Part shown: positions 15,092 to 27,137 of the stretch, in pieces
Layout: each line of letters begins with the position of its first letter
How positions within the stretch are numbered: the first letter of the stretch is position 1
Virus record (IMG/VR): IMGVR_UViG_3300008261_000042
From: a virus
Reading direction: 5' to 3' (one strand)
DNA: 64,000 nucleotides
Program-made: the position numbers and the translations under genes
Notes under the pieces: generated by a model
Told to the model about the DNA's origin: nothing
Seen by the model: the letters and a program-made list of their open reading frames with translations, nothing else
Database searches by the model: none

Positions 15092-18000
15092 ATGGCTGCA
15101 AAGACAAGAAATATCTCTACCTTAATTGAATCTCAACTACCTGGGTTTATAGTTTCTGAATACGAAAACTTCTCCAAGTTTGTAGAGAAATACTATGAAC
15201 AACTAGAAATACAAGGTCAACCACTTGACATTATTTCTAATGTTACGAAGTATCGTGACATCAATTATTACGAGAAGAATTTACTCAATCAATTTACAAA
15301 GTTATCTTCTAGTATTGTAGAAACTGATACGACTATTACAGTAGAAGATGCTACTTCATTTCCAGAGCAGAATGGTTATATCAAAATTGGTAATGAAATT
15401 TGCTTCTATAAGGAAAGAACTGATACTGAGTTTTTAGAAGTTTCTAGAGGTGTAAGTGGAAATACCACTTTAGGAGATTTGTACGAAACTTCTAATTTTG
15501 TAACCACTCAAGCAGAACCACACTACACAAATGATACTGTATATAATGTAAGTAATCTATTTTTGTATGCTTTTGTAAAAAGCTTTGAATCGCAGTATCT
15601 TGGTGGATTTCCAGAAGCATATTTAAAAGGTGATGTAGATAAGCGTGTACTTATCAAAAATATTAGTGACTTTTATAAGGCAAAGGGCACTAATAAGTCA
15701 ATTAAATTTATTTTTAACTCTATTGTTTCTAAGAGTGCCGAAGATACTCCAGAAACATATAACCCAAAGGATTTTACTTTAAAATCTTCAACTTCTGATT
15801 GGGTAAGTAATTATTCAATTAAAGCAAAGATATTAACTGGTGATGTCAATAAACTAGTTGGAACTAAAATAACACAAAGAACGGAAAATTCTTTTGCATC
15901 TGCTGTTATTGATGCTGTAAACTATGGTGGTTCCGATGGAGTATTTGAAATAATTTTATCTCCAGGATCTGTTAATGGCAATTTTAAAATTGCAGCTCAA
16001 ACAACATTACGTAAAGATATTTTAGTTGATAATACTACAGGTGATAGAATTGATGTATATTCAACATTAGGATGGGATCAAAAAGGAGAATTAATTATAA
16101 ATTCGGAAAGAATTTCGTTTACGAACAAAAATGTCAACCAATTTATAATTTCTGGTAGATCAAACCCAAACACTACCCATGTTGCTGGAACGCCTGTCTA
16201 TAGTAATGATACTTTAATTGCAACATATGAAGGTGGCTCAGCAACAATGCTTGCTCTTGGTGTTTTATATAATTTAAATGTAGTCAATGGAAAGCCATAT
16301 TCAAATTCTGGAGATAAAGTACAAATTTCAGAATCTGGATTTGAAAGTAATCATCCTGTCATTCAAGCTAATTGGTTTTTAAATACCAATTTCAGAAAAG
16401 CATTTTCTCCACTAAATGCTCAAGTAGCTCAGGCAATTTCTGATTTAAATTCTGATGTATCTGCAATTTATGAAGATGATCAGTATTTTTATATTTGTTC
16501 TTCTGGATATCCTCATCATGGAATACTGAAGGAATCTTCACCAGTTAATTTAGAAGATCAGAAATTTTTAAAATTAGTAAGAAAGAATCCAATTAATACT
16601 ACAGAAGTATATCCAATATCAAATAGAGATGTTGGTATATTGAAAGATGGCTCGGTAGTATATGGCAATAAAGATTTTGAAACAGTTAAGTTTGGAGAAA
16701 TAATTTCAGTAAATGTTGAAAATAAAGGAGTTGGTTACAAAAATCCTCCGTTTGTTTTAATTAATAATGAACCTTACAAAGCTAGATGTTTTCTTGCGGG
16801 TGAGGTGGTAGATTTTGTAGAAATTTTATCAGACGATATTTACGAAGAAGAGCCAATTATCACTATTACATCTGGAAGAAATGCAAAATTAAAACCAGTT
16901 GTAACAAATGGAGAAATTACTAGTATTAGAGTAGAAAATCCTGGAGAATATTATTCTTCTCCTCCAACAATTAGAATTTTTGATGCTTTGGGTAAAGGAG
17001 CATTTGCTGAATATGAGGCTATTGTTTCTCCAGAAGGTCAAATAACAAGATGCAAAAAAATAAGCGGTGGTCGTTTTTATAATAGAAATAGTTTAGTTGT
17101 AGAGGTATTGCCAGCTGGTTCTGGTGCTTTTGCTTCTGCAAAAATTAGAGAGTGGACAAAAGATAGATTTAAAAAATATCGTTTAGAGTTAGATTCAAAT
17201 AATTCATATGTATTTTCCAACTTCAATCCAAAAATTGGATTAGGATATGGAGTAGTTGCAAATCCAGCAAATTTAAGATTTAGATCTAACGATAATATTA
17301 ACAGCGTTTTAGGGGAAAATCCTGGAACTAAAACTCATTCTCCAATTTTAGGATTTGCTTATGACGGAAATCCAATTTATGGACCTTATGGATTTTCTGA
17401 TCCTGGAAATGCAAATTCCACTGTGGTTAGAATTAATAGTGGATATCAATTAAACACATCAAGGCAAAATGGACCCTCAATTACTGAATATGAATTAGGA
17501 ACTTTTGTTGATGATTATGTTTGGGTTCCATCTGTTAATAGTGGGAAAACTGAATTAGATGAAAACAATGGGAGATTTTGTGTAACTCCAGAATATCCTA
17601 AAGGAACCTATGCATACTTTGTAACTATAAATTCTTCTGGACAACCAGTATATCCATATATTATTGGAAAAAATTTCTATTCTTTACCAGTAGATTCAAA
17701 TTATAACTCAAATATTTCTCAAGATGATTTACCAAAAAATCTAAAACGTTTAAAAACTAGCGATATCGATAACAATGGCGTAAATTCATTTGCGTTAATT
17801 GGTGATACTACAAAAGGTAATATCAATGGAGCATATTCTGATTATTCAATAGAAACATTTTCAGTTGGTTCTGAATTATTCATTGATAATTTAGGCACAG
17901 GTGGTGCTGGAGCAAAGGCATTTGTTTCTTCGGTTAATGGCAAAAATACAACAGTATTAGAATCAGTAGACGAAAAAGCATTAGTTATTGATTTGGTGCA

Positions 18001-21000
18001 AAACGCTTATCTTTTTGAGGGAGATACCCTTTTCCAAGGTGATGGTGTTTTATTAACGCAAATTATTGTAGATAATACAGAAATAAATGATTTCCAATCT
18101 TCAGAATCTCCAAATGTAAAAGTTGTTAATGATTTATCAGTTGGTCCAGATGGATCATTTAGAGTTATTCAAGATTTATCAGCAGATTTAACACAAGGCG
18201 AAATTATTGGTGATGTCGTAAATGATAGTAGAGTTGTATTAAGATCAGTACAAAATACATTTGATCCATCTTTACCTGTATTTGCTACAATTAAAGTTTT
18301 AAATCTTTTATTAAACAAAAATGGTACTTACACAAAAGATTCTATAATATCATTTATTAGAGAAGATGATGGTATTGTATTTGGAACTGGTTTAGTATTA
18401 GAAGGATCATTAAAACAAAATTCTTTAAAGGTTAGGATAATTACTGGAGATATTTTTGCATCGGAAGATTTTATTATAAAAAGTAATGTATTATCAGATA
18501 CTTCAAGTGCAAAAATTATATCAACAACATCTCTTAGCGAAAATTTAACTATTACAAATATAAATGATAAAGTAGCAATATTACAAACAGATGAAGATCA
18601 TAATTTAGCTAATGGCGATAAAGTATTTGTAAATATTTTTCCAGATGATTCTATCACAGAAACAACTTATTATGTAAGGAAACGACTTTATCAAAAAGCC
18701 GTTTTAGAAGAATTAAATTTCAATGGTAAAATAATTGATACTGGTATTGGTAGATTTGACGTATTAAATAGCGGAGCTGATTACGAAAGTGGTACTTACA
18801 CTGATGTAGAATTAATTTTTGTTGATTCCTCGAAAGCTAGAAAAAATATCGGCAAGCCTGGAGATCCAGGAAATGCTAGGGCAACAATTGAGGTATTTAA
18901 TGTTGGTGGAGGATTTGGAAGAGTTTCTTCAATTACATTAACAAATAAAGGTTATGGTTATAGAAAATCAGATATTTTAACAGTTGCTGATGAAGACTTA
19001 AATCGTCTTGTTGCTTCAACTAGAACAGCTAGATTAAATTTATTTGTTGATCATTCTGGATTTTCTGCTGAAAATACTCAGTTGAAATTAACTACTGTAA
19101 ATGATTTATCAAATGGCGATTATCTAAATATTGGAAATGAAATTGTAAAAATTACTTCAGTTAATAAAACAAATAAAACTGTTTTATTAGAAAGAGGTCA
19201 GAAAAACACCACCGCATCTGATCATTTTAATGATCAATTAGTAACATTCCAAGAAACATCATATAAATTAAATACAAATTATAGAATTTTAGGAGATGGA
19301 TTAAATTCTCCATATGTTGTTTCGTACAACCCAACAACTAGAGAATTAGTTGTTGCGTATGAATATAATGTAACTAATCCGACAAAAATATTACAAAGTA
19401 GTATTTTCTTCGATCAAAATAATCCAAGTAAGTTTGTAAAAGTTGAGTCTGTACAAGAGCCAGAGTATAAGTTAGAATTTAGCAAAAATCAACTTAATTT
19501 TGATATCAACCCAACTATAGAAATACAAAAATACTACAAGTATAAGTTTGATACTAGCCACCCATCAATGCTAGATACATATCTAGATTTTTCATCTAGT
19601 TTAAATTATAATTTATTTACAGAAGAAAAAAATGTAAGCTCAAATTTACCAGGAACTGCAGGATCTTTTGTATCAATAAAACTTGGTTTTGGACCAAATA
19701 TTTCTTCAAACACATACGAAGAAATATCACCAGTAAACTTCAATAATTATTATTATTTTATTAAAGCTTCTGCAAATGTTAATACAGATGGATCTTCCTT
19801 GAAAGTTATTGATGATCCTCTTTCTGGTGAACACACTGTAATATACTCAACAAATAGAAAATTTGTTTATAATGTAAGAACATTACCTCAATATGATGGA
19901 TCTGGTGCTATTTCATATACAACTACTTCGCAATTTGCTATTGGATCTATTTCTAATATTTCCATTAATGATACAGGAAATAATTACGAGCTACTTCCTA
20001 TTTGCAGAGGAATTATTCCATCTCCATTAAATATTGCTACTGTTTCAGCAACCATAGATTTAACAACTGGTTATCTTTCATCAATTGTTGTAACTGAGCA
20101 AGGAAATAATTATTCAAAGCCAATTGCTATTATTACAGATGGTGATGGAATTGATTATAAACTAGAATGTATATCAGAAAATGGTAAGCTAAAAGCAGTT
20201 AATATATTAAATTCTGGTAAAGGATTTACATATAACCCAACAATCAAAATATTTGAATCTGATATTAAAGTATTTTTAACATCAGATAATATTGGAATAC
20301 CAAAAAATATAAAATTAATAAACAGTGGATATGGTTATAATTCAGATTATTCGACAATTCCTACATATAAATCAACTTCAACATTTGTATTAAAGAATTT
20401 TGAAGATGATTCTTTCTATGCTGGAGAAAAAATTGCTCAATATGAAAATAATATTTTGATAGCAGAAGCTGTAGTAGCTAAAAATGGATGGAGAATTGGA
20501 AGTAATTTATTAAAAGTCGAAAATATAAAGGGAATATTTAAAAATAATCTACCAATTAAAGGTTTTGCAAGATCTAAAACTGCATTATTAATATCACAAT
20601 TAGATACAACATTTTTACCTGATATTAGAACATATTCAGACAACGTTGGTAGATTTAATTCGGAAAGAGGAAAGTTAAGTTCAAATTCCCAAAAACTAAC
20701 AGATTCTTATTTTTATCAAGACTACTCATATGTAATTAAATCAAGAACTCCTATAGATTTTTGGCGTGATTTAATCAAAGAAACAACACACCCAGCAGGT
20801 TTTCAGCTTTTTGGTGAGTTAATAGTTGAATCTGAAGGCAATACTTCAATGCCTTCTGAAATAAAAGAAATTGAAACTCACTCATTTATAAATTTAAAAC
20901 CACAAAATATCTCAGTTGTCAATACTAGAAAATATATTACAGAAAATATTGTATCTTTTGCAGATAGCAATATAGAAAGAGGTATAGGATCTGTTGCAAT

Positions 21001-24000
21001 TGATACTTTTGATTCTTCAGAAACTGTAGCAAGAGAATTGATTCTAGCTAGACCATTTGATGGGGATTTTGATCCAAATAGTGGAATTCTTTATGGTACT
21101 AAAACTTTCACTCTTTTAGATAAAAAAACAAATAGTGCATACGCACCATACAATGAAAGTTCATTAATTATAACAATTGATGGAGTTTTACAAGAGCCAG
21201 GAAAATCATTTACTATCAAAGGTAATAAAATAACTTTTGCTCAGCCTCCTTTAGGAGAAAGATTAGCGGAAGGTCAAGTAGTAGAAGCTCAGAAGTTTTA
21301 TTGTAGAGCAATTAAGTTCAAAGATAATACACTGAATTCCACATATATCAGAAAAATGCAAAATATTTCTGATCAATTTGATGGAGAAACAAGAATATTT
21401 GATTTATATGAAGAAAATGGTTCTATTGTAAAAACATTACCAAATGAAAAATTAATTGTTGCATTGAATGGAGTTTTACAAAATGCAAGAACTACAGAAG
21501 AAGAGCCTTTTGAAAATTCATATGCAATTATAAGATCTCAAGATCCTACAGTAACTGATAAAATTGCCTTCACAGAACCACCAATAAGTCACGGTGAACT
21601 ATATGATAGTACTGATGATATTGTAATAAGAGAAAAGTGTTTTATTTACAGTATTGGTTCATATAGAAGATTAAGTATTGATTCTAGAACTGTAAAATAC
21701 AGAGGAGCTGGTCCTTTCTTAATTTTAGATGAGGTACAGAATTCTGTTGTCAAAGTTGATGATCCTTTATACGCAATAGTTTTCATAGATGGTGTATTAC
21801 AAATACCTGGGAAATCTTATGATATTGTAGGACCAAATATAACTTTCTCATCTCCTCTACAATACTACGAAGATGAAACAGGCAAACAAGTATTGCAAAA
21901 AGTTTCTATCTTATTATTCTACGGTAGAGATAAAGCAAAAACTTTAACTTTCTATGATTTTGAACCTAATGCATATTATTCCCAAGCAAATTTAGTAATA
22001 ACTGGTTCGCCCGATGTACAAAATTTTTATGCTTGGTTTGCAAATTATTTGGGATCCAACGTAATAGTTTCTCAAAATGGAAATAAAATTGGTAAAATAA
22101 AATCGTTTGTTCCTGGAAGCAATGATTTAAACTTAACTTTGCTATGCTCAGCTTTTTATGAAATAGATTCTTCTGATTTAATATTTATAAATCCAGAATC
22201 TGGAGATAGTTTTGTGTTATCTGGCATTGAATCTTCTTCAATTTCATACTTAGAAGATGAAGATGGCGTGAGAAAATTACAAGTTGATGTTCCATCTTGG
22301 TTGCTCGGAACAAAGCTTGGCAAAGATGCTTACTCGGAAAGAACAAAACTATATTCTAATTTGAATATTGGCGACTTAATTAAAATTGATGGCGAATCTG
22401 AGTTTAGAGAAATTGTATCAATTCCAGAATTAGTAAATACAAAACAGTACAATACTGGAGAATTTTTACCTAAGGATATTTACTCTAGAGTACAAGCAAC
22501 TAATTATAATGATATAGTTAGAGGAGAAGGTTTAAGTATAACAGCTGAAATTGACGCTAATGGTACTATAACAAAATTAAATTGGAATAGAAGAGATTTA
22601 ATGCTTTTCTTTAATAATAATGTACTATTACAGCCAACCGCATATCAGTATTATACTGCACCTATAATTGATTTTATTCCAAGAACTCAAAATGGTGGTG
22701 GAGCAAGAGCAGAAGTAATTGCAATTGGTGGACAAATTGTAGATATTGTTTTAATTGATGGTGGCTATGGCTATTCAGAACCTCCTCAAGTAGTTATATC
22801 TAGAGGATATAACAGAATTAAGGGAAGATCAAGAAAATTTGATACCACCACTATATTAAATGTTTCTCCACCAATAGCATTCTCAGATAGTTTAACTTCA
22901 AGTAGTGAAGTTACTTTAGTATCATATGGTCCTGCAGGTCAAGCTATTTTCTCTGTTATTAATTTAAGTGCTTTAGCAGGAGAATTAGATGTATCTAGAA
23001 ATATTATTTCTATTATAACTCCAGAAGAAAAAATAGTTACATTTAGTAATCCAAAAGATATTACTCAAATTATTATACAGCCGCCAGTACCTAAACTAAA
23101 ATCTGATATAATAAGGACTTCTACTGCAATTCATAATTACATAGATGTTCCATTCGATATAGTTTCTTCTTCAACAATTACTTCAGTAAACAAAGAATTA
23201 ACAACAATTATTTCTAAACAAATTAATGAGGCATTTGTTCAATTAGACACTGCTTCTATTAATGATATTGGTGCATTCTTAGACGCTCCTTTATCAGAAA
23301 CTGATAATATTGTGTATGTTCCAGATACAATAAGATTCCCTGATTCAAGTAGATTATTAATTGGAAGAGAAATTGTTTATTATGAGAAAAAGAAAACAGA
23401 TAGATTTTTATCTGTTACTAGAGGAGCAGATGGAACTACAGCTCAAACACATAATGCAGGAGATTATCTAAGACATCTACCTAAGATTGTAAGTGTTGTT
23501 CCAGTTGGAGCAGCAATAATTCAATCTATTGTTTCTATCGAATCTGATCATGATACATTTACTGAATTATTAAAAACAGTAAGTACAGAAATAGTAGAGC
23601 CATCAATATCCCATGACTTAACTTCATTAACATCAAGTCAACAAATAGAACTTGATAATACGGAAGTTGATGTTATTCCTTGGATTGGTATTATTCCACC
23701 TCCTTCATATAATGTAATTTCTACTGTATATTCAACATCATCTAGTGTACAAACTATTGTAGAATCGCTTAAAATAGATTCTTCTACTTCATCTGTAATA
23801 ACAGTAAAACAGTCCAATATTCAAATTTCTGTAGATCAGAATATTAATGTTGATGTTTCTACGTTAATAACCTCAGCTCAAATTATTTCCAATGCAGAAT
23901 CTTCTGTAGATTCTTTATTTGCAACAGTAATAACTTCTACACATAATGCATCTGAAATCATGCATGATGTGAATATATTATCAAATGCAACTATTGAAAA

Positions 24001-25237
24001 TTATTCAACTAATTATATTTTACGAAATGAATCTTCTGTAGAAACTATAATTTCTACTATTAACACAATAGAAAATACAATAAATGAGATTTTAGTTATT
24101 CCTCCTACATCATATTCTGAAGTAAGAAATTCTCATTCAATAACTAGAATTTTCTATGCTCAGATTCCTCCTTTATCGACTATTGCAGAATCTGTTGTTG
24201 TTTCTCCAATAGAAACAACAATTGAATTAACAAATAATTTAAGTGTTGAAGTTGTTGATACCAAGAATACAATAATTTCTTCTCATATTGATGCTAGATA
24301 CGAAAATACATTTATATCAACACAATCTGCAAAAATTGTTTCCACAATTAAAGAAATTACTGATTTTGTAAGTTATGATATTAATTCTAGTTTAACAAGT
24401 TATTCATCGGCGGTAACTTCAACTAAGAATACAATTGAATCCACTACTACAGTAATTTCTAATTTTGTTGAGTATGATGTAACTCCAGTATCAATTCATG
24501 TATGTCCAATAATTAATTCTTCTTATATTGCTTCTTCTAGCAATATTGTAGCTTCTGTAAATCCAAATTCTTCAGAAACTACAATAAGAATTGACACCTC
24601 TGCTGGCATTTCTGGAACATCAAGAAGAGAAATAGATTATAATACAGGAATTCTTGATTTCTTCACAGAATCTGTCGTATTACAAAATCCAATAAAAACT
24701 AGAAACCAAGGATTCCTTACATTGTTAGAACCAATAAATGTCATTACATCAAGAAATGGTTCTACTGTAGAAGTGTCTAATAAAAATGTAGAAAGAGATG
24801 CTTTCTATGATGCTTATAATTTGGGGAATGCTGGATATACAATTACCGCATTTGAAAATAATGCTTTTATGAATACTGGAGCATTTGATGTATCAGGTTC
24901 TATTGAATCTATAACATATGCTTATCCAAATTTAACATTGAATGATTTTACCCAAAGAAAATATTCTTCAATTACTTTAACTGGAGAATTTTTCAATTTA
25001 GCTATTCCATCAATTAATGATATTGGATCTAGATTATCAACTAGTATTTCTAATACTTCATCAAGTATTACAATAAGTAATGCTTCAAAATTCCCAAGTA
25101 GTGGTAAAATTTTAATTAATAAAGAAATTATAAGTTATACTACTAAAAATGGAAACACATTATCAGGATTAACTAGAGGTGTAGACAATACAATTCCAGC
25201 ATCACATAGTTTGAATGACTACTTGAGGTCATTCTAA
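15092..25237 (+). CDS. gp7: baseplate wedge initiator gp7-like giant structural protein (includes YHYH-like domain)
   Basis: IKNISDFYKAKGT; DSYFYQDYSYVIKS...HPAGF; SPILGFAYDGNPIYGPYG; lies between gp6 and gp8. Confidence 0.8.
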   Translation: MAAKTRNISTLIESQLPGFIVSEYENFSKFVEKYYEQLEIQGQPLDIISNVTKYRDINYYEKNLLNQFTKLSSSIVETDTTITVEDATSFPEQNGYIKIGNEICFYKERTDTEFLEVSRGVSGNTTLGDLYETSNFVTTQAEPHYTNDTVYNVSNLFLYAFVKSFESQYLGGFPEAYLKGDVDKRVLIKNISDFYKAKGTNKSIKFIFNSIVSKSAEDTPETYNPKDFTLKSSTSDWVSNYSIKAKILTGDVNKLVGTKITQRTENSFASAVIDAVNYGGSDGVFEIILSPGSVNGNFKIAAQTTLRKDILVDNTTGDRIDVYSTLGWDQKGELIINSERISFTNKNVNQFIISGRSNPNTTHVAGTPVYSNDTLIATYEGGSATMLALGVLYNLNVVNGKPYSNSGDKVQISESGFESNHPVIQANWFLNTNFRKAFSPLNAQVAQAISDLNSDVSAIYEDDQYFYICSSGYPHHGILKESSPVNLEDQKFLKLVRKNPINTTEVYPISNRDVGILKDGSVVYGNKDFETVKFGEIISVNVENKGVGYKNPPFVLINNEPYKARCFLAGEVVDFVEILSDDIYEEEPIITITSGRNAKLKPVVTNGEITSIRVENPGEYYSSPPTIRIFDALGKGAFAEYEAIVSPEGQITRCKKISGGRFYNRNSLVVEVLPAGSGAFASAKIREWTKDRFKKYRLELDSNNSYVFSNFNPKIGLGYGVVANPANLRFRSNDNINSVLGENPGTKTHSPILGFAYDGNPIYGPYGFSDPGNANSTVVRINSGYQLNTSRQNGPSITEYELGTFVDDYVWVPSVNSGKTELDENNGRFCVTPEYPKGTYAYFVTINSSGQPVYPYIIGKNFYSLPVDSNYNSNISQDDLPKNLKRLKTSDIDNNGVNSFALIGDTTKGNINGAYSDYSIETFSVGSELFIDNLGTGGAGAKAFVSSVNGKNTTVLESVDEKALVIDLVQNAYLFEGDTLFQGDGVLLTQIIVDNTEINDFQSSESPNVKVVNDLSVGPDGSFRVIQDLSADLTQGEIIGDVVNDSRVVLRSVQNTFDPSLPVFATIKVLNLLLNKNGTYTKDSIISFIREDDGIVFGTGLVLEGSLKQNSLKVRIITGDIFASEDFIIKSNVLSDTSSAKIISTTSLSENLTITNINDKVAILQTDEDHNLANGDKVFVNIFPDDSITETTYYVRKRLYQKAVLEELNFNGKIIDTGIGRFDVLNSGADYESGTYTDVELIFVDSSKARKNIGKPGDPGNARATIEVFNVGGGFGRVSSITLTNKGYGYRKSDILTVADEDLNRLVASTRTARLNLFVDHSGFSAENTQLKLTTVNDLSNGDYLNIGNEIVKITSVNKTNKTVLLERGQKNTTASDHFNDQLVTFQETSYKLNTNYRILGDGLNSPYVVSYNPTTRELVVAYEYNVTNPTKILQSSIFFDQNNPSKFVKVESVQEPEYKLEFSKNQLNFDINPTIEIQKYYKYKFDTSHPSMLDTYLDFSSSLNYNLFTEEKNVSSNLPGTAGSFVSIKLGFGPNISSNTYEEISPVNFNNYYYFIKASANVNTDGSSLKVIDDPLSGEHTVIYSTNRKFVYNVRTLPQYDGSGAISYTTTSQFAIGSISNISINDTGNNYELLPICRGIIPSPLNIATVSATIDLTTGYLSSIVVTEQGNNYSKPIAIITDGDGIDYKLECISENGKLKAVNILNSGKGFTYNPTIKIFESDIKVFLTSDNIGIPKNIKLINSGYGYNSDYSTIPTYKSTSTFVLKNFEDDSFYAGEKIAQYENNILIAEAVVAKNGWRIGSNLLKVENIKGIFKNNLPIKGFARSKTALLISQLDTTFLPDIRTYSDNVGRFNSERGKLSSNSQKLTDSYFYQDYSYVIKSRTPIDFWRDLIKETTHPAGFQLFGELIVESEGNTSMPSEIKEIETHSFINLKPQNISVVNTRKYITENIVSFADSNIERGIGSVAIDTFDSSETVARELILARPFDGDFDPNSGILYGTKTFTLLDKKTNSAYAPYNESSLIITIDGVLQEPGKSFTIKGNKITFAQPPLGERLAEGQVVEAQKFYCRAIKFKDNTLNSTYIRKMQNISDQFDGETRIFDLYEENGSIVKTLPNEKLIVALNGVLQNARTTEEEPFENSYAIIRSQDPTVTDKIAFTEPPISHGELYDSTDDIVIREKCFIYSIGSYRRLSIDSRTVKYRGAGPFLILDEVQNSVVKVDDPLYAIVFIDGVLQIPGKSYDIVGPNITFSSPLQYYEDETGKQVLQKVSILLFYGRDKAKTLTFYDFEPNAYYSQANLVITGSPDVQNFYAWFANYLGSNVIVSQNGNKIGKIKSFVPGSNDLNLTLLCSAFYEIDSSDLIFINPESGDSFVLSGIESSSISYLEDEDGVRKLQVDVPSWLLGTKLGKDAYSERTKLYSNLNIGDLIKIDGESEFREIVSIPELVNTKQYNTGEFLPKDIYSRVQATNYNDIVRGEGLSITAEIDANGTITKLNWNRRDLMLFFNNNVLLQPTAYQYYTAPIIDFIPRTQNGGGARAEVIAIGGQIVDIVLIDGGYGYSEPPQVVISRGYNRIKGRSRKFDTTTILNVSPPIAFSDSLTSSSEVTLVSYGPAGQAIFSVINLSALAGELDVSRNIISIITPEEKIVTFSNPKDITQIIIQPPVPKLKSDIIRTSTAIHNYIDVPFDIVSSSTITSVNKELTTIISKQINEAFVQLDTASINDIGAFLDAPLSETDNIVYVPDTIRFPDSSRLLIGREIVYYEKKKTDRFLSVTRGADGTTAQTHNAGDYLRHLPKIVSVVPVGAAIIQSIVSIESDHDTFTELLKTVSTEIVEPSISHDLTSLTSSQQIELDNTEVDVIPWIGIIPPPSYNVISTVYSTSSSVQTIVESLKIDSSTSSVITVKQSNIQISVDQNINVDVSTLITSAQIISNAESSVDSLFATVITSTHNASEIMHDVNILSNATIENYSTNYILRNESSVETIISTINTIENTINEILVIPPTSYSEVRNSHSITRIFYAQIPPLSTIAESVVVSPIETTIELTNNLSVEVVDTKNTIISSHIDARYENTFISTQSAKIVSTIKEITDFVSYDINSSLTSYSSAVTSTKNTIESTTTVISNFVEYDVTPVSIHVCPIINSSYIASSSNIVASVNPNSSETTIRIDTSAGISGTSRREIDYNTGILDFFTESVVLQNPIKTRNQGFLTLLEPINVITSRNGSTVEVSNKNVERDAFYDAYNLGNAGYTITAFENNAFMNTGAFDVSGSIESITYAYPNLTLNDFTQRKYSSITLTGEFFNLAIPSINDIGSRLSTSISNTSSSITISNASKFPSSGKILINKEIISYTTKNGNTLSGLTRGVDNTIPASHSLNDYLRSF

Positions 25238-25241
25238 ATTT

Positions 25242-25255
25242 TATAAATATAAATA
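25242..25255 (+). promoter_or_regulatory. T4-type late promoter (tandem)
   Basis: TATAAATATAAATA. Confidence 0.75.
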
Positions 25256-25292
25256 AATCAGACAAAACGTTTTCACTAGAGAGATTAATTAA

Positions 25293-27122
25293 ATGGCTGC
25301 TATTATCTCAGATAAGTTTAGAATTTTTAATGCTAAACAGTTTCTAGAGTCTCTATCTGAAGGATCGACTGATAATGGTACTGAGCGTACCAGAATGTAT
25401 TTCTTTGTCGGTCGTCCACAAAGATGGGATTCATACGTAGAAATTTATAATAAAAATGCTACAGCTTTTGTTGCTGGCAATGAAGTATATGTTGGTGCTT
25501 CTTATGCTGGAGCAACTTTTAAAGCTACTGTTAGAGCTGTCTATGAAGATAGCCTACTTCTTTATAATGTTGGTCCTACAACATCTTCTGTACCAGCAGC
25601 AGGAGCAACTTTAAAGGGTTGGAATGGCACCGCTGATACTGGTGCTACTGCTGTTACTGGTGTTTATAGATATGCGTCGGAAGATGTTCCACCAGTACCT
25701 CTAGATAATCAAAAAGAAAAATTTGATCTTTATGACGATATTATTGCTGCGAAGAGAATTACATCTGATTTTGCTCGTGCAGTTATTCGTCGTTACAATT
25801 GGGATTTAGTTGCTAATCCTAAGTTTGACATGTGGAAGCCCGATTACTCTGCTACTCCAGGTAGCGGCGGTCAGGTAGGCAAACAAGCAGCTACAGGCGC
25901 TACTTCAATTGGAGATGCTAAGTTTTATGTAATTAATTCACAGTATGAAGTATTTAAGTGCCTATATAATGGTCAAAATCCAGCGAATTTAACTGGTCAA
26001 AATGCAACTAACGAGCCAAAAACCACTCCTTCAGCAGGTCAAGGTTCATATGCAAATGGTATCTTCACTGAAGAGGCTGGCAATGCTGGTTATGTTTGGA
26101 AATATATGTACACCATTCCTACAAATGATGTACTTCGTTTCCTTTCAACTGATTTCATGCCAATTGTTGCTCCTACAGACACTACTCGTCAGGCAACAGA
26201 AGCAGCTGCAGTTAATGGTGCAGTAAATGTGGTTCTAATTGAAGCTGCTGGAGCCAATCTTCCAAATGGTACACATTATGCTCCAATCATTGGTGATGGC
26301 ACTGGTGGTAAAGTTTCTTTAGTTGTGACCGCAGGTTCATTAGTTTCGGTATCAGTAACAGCTCCTGGAAGTGGTTATACTTATGCATCAGTTCCACTCA
26401 AAACTGGTACTGGTTCTGGAGCAACTGCATATGGTTTGTTTAGTGATTCTGCGTTAACTTCTTCTGTCACTGTTGGAAGTACAGCAACTGGAGCATTGGA
26501 AGGTGTTATTTCTCCACAAGGTGGTCATGGTTCTGATATGGAGCTTGAGCTTAATGCTAAGCGTGTTATGACAAATATTCGCCTAACCTATGCAGAAGGT
26601 TCAGGTGACTTCCCAGTAGATAATGATTTCCGCAGAATTGGTATTCTCAAGGATCCATTTGCATATGGTACAACTTCATTTGCTACTGTAGATACAGTTA
26701 ATGGTCTATATGCTGTTAAAATTGATGGTGCAACTGCAGATTTCCAACCAGATGAAACAATTACTCAAACAGTAACTGGCGGCGTTGCAAAAGGAACTGT
26801 TGTTTCTTGGACTCTTGATTCTGGTAGTACTACTGATGGTGTACTTAAGTATATCCAATCACCAGATCTCCACAAAGATTCTGGTAAAGTAAGAGCATTT
26901 GAATCAAATGGAGCTAATGCAATTACTGGATCAATCTCACTTGCTAGTGGTACTGTAGATACAGCAAATAATTCAACTGTTCTAGGAGTAACATTTGCAA
27001 ATGGTCTCGCAAATCCTGAAATTGCTGCTAATAGTGGTGATATGATTTATGTAGAAAATAGAAGACTAATCACCAGAGCACCAGACCAAATCGAAGATAT
27101 CAAACTCGTAATTGAGTTTTGA
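25293..27122 (+). CDS. gp8: baseplate wedge subunit gp8
   Basis: MAAIISDKFRIFNA; VFKCLYN; GYVWKYMYTI; QIEDIKLVIEF terminus. Confidence 0.88.
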   Translation: MAAIISDKFRIFNAKQFLESLSEGSTDNGTERTRMYFFVGRPQRWDSYVEIYNKNATAFVAGNEVYVGASYAGATFKATVRAVYEDSLLLYNVGPTTSSVPAAGATLKGWNGTADTGATAVTGVYRYASEDVPPVPLDNQKEKFDLYDDIIAAKRITSDFARAVIRRYNWDLVANPKFDMWKPDYSATPGSGGQVGKQAATGATSIGDAKFYVINSQYEVFKCLYNGQNPANLTGQNATNEPKTTPSAGQGSYANGIFTEEAGNAGYVWKYMYTIPTNDVLRFLSTDFMPIVAPTDTTRQATEAAAVNGAVNVVLIEAAGANLPNGTHYAPIIGDGTGGKVSLVVTAGSLVSVSVTAPGSGYTYASVPLKTGTGSGATAYGLFSDSALTSSVTVGSTATGALEGVISPQGGHGSDMELELNAKRVMTNIRLTYAEGSGDFPVDNDFRRIGILKDPFAYGTTSFATVDTVNGLYAVKIDGATADFQPDETITQTVTGGVAKGTVVSWTLDSGSTTDGVLKYIQSPDLHKDSGKVRAFESNGANAITGSISLASGTVDTANNSTVLGVTFANGLANPEIAANSGDMIYVENRRLITRAPDQIEDIKLVIEF

Positions 27123-27137
27123 TTTAAAATAAAAGTT

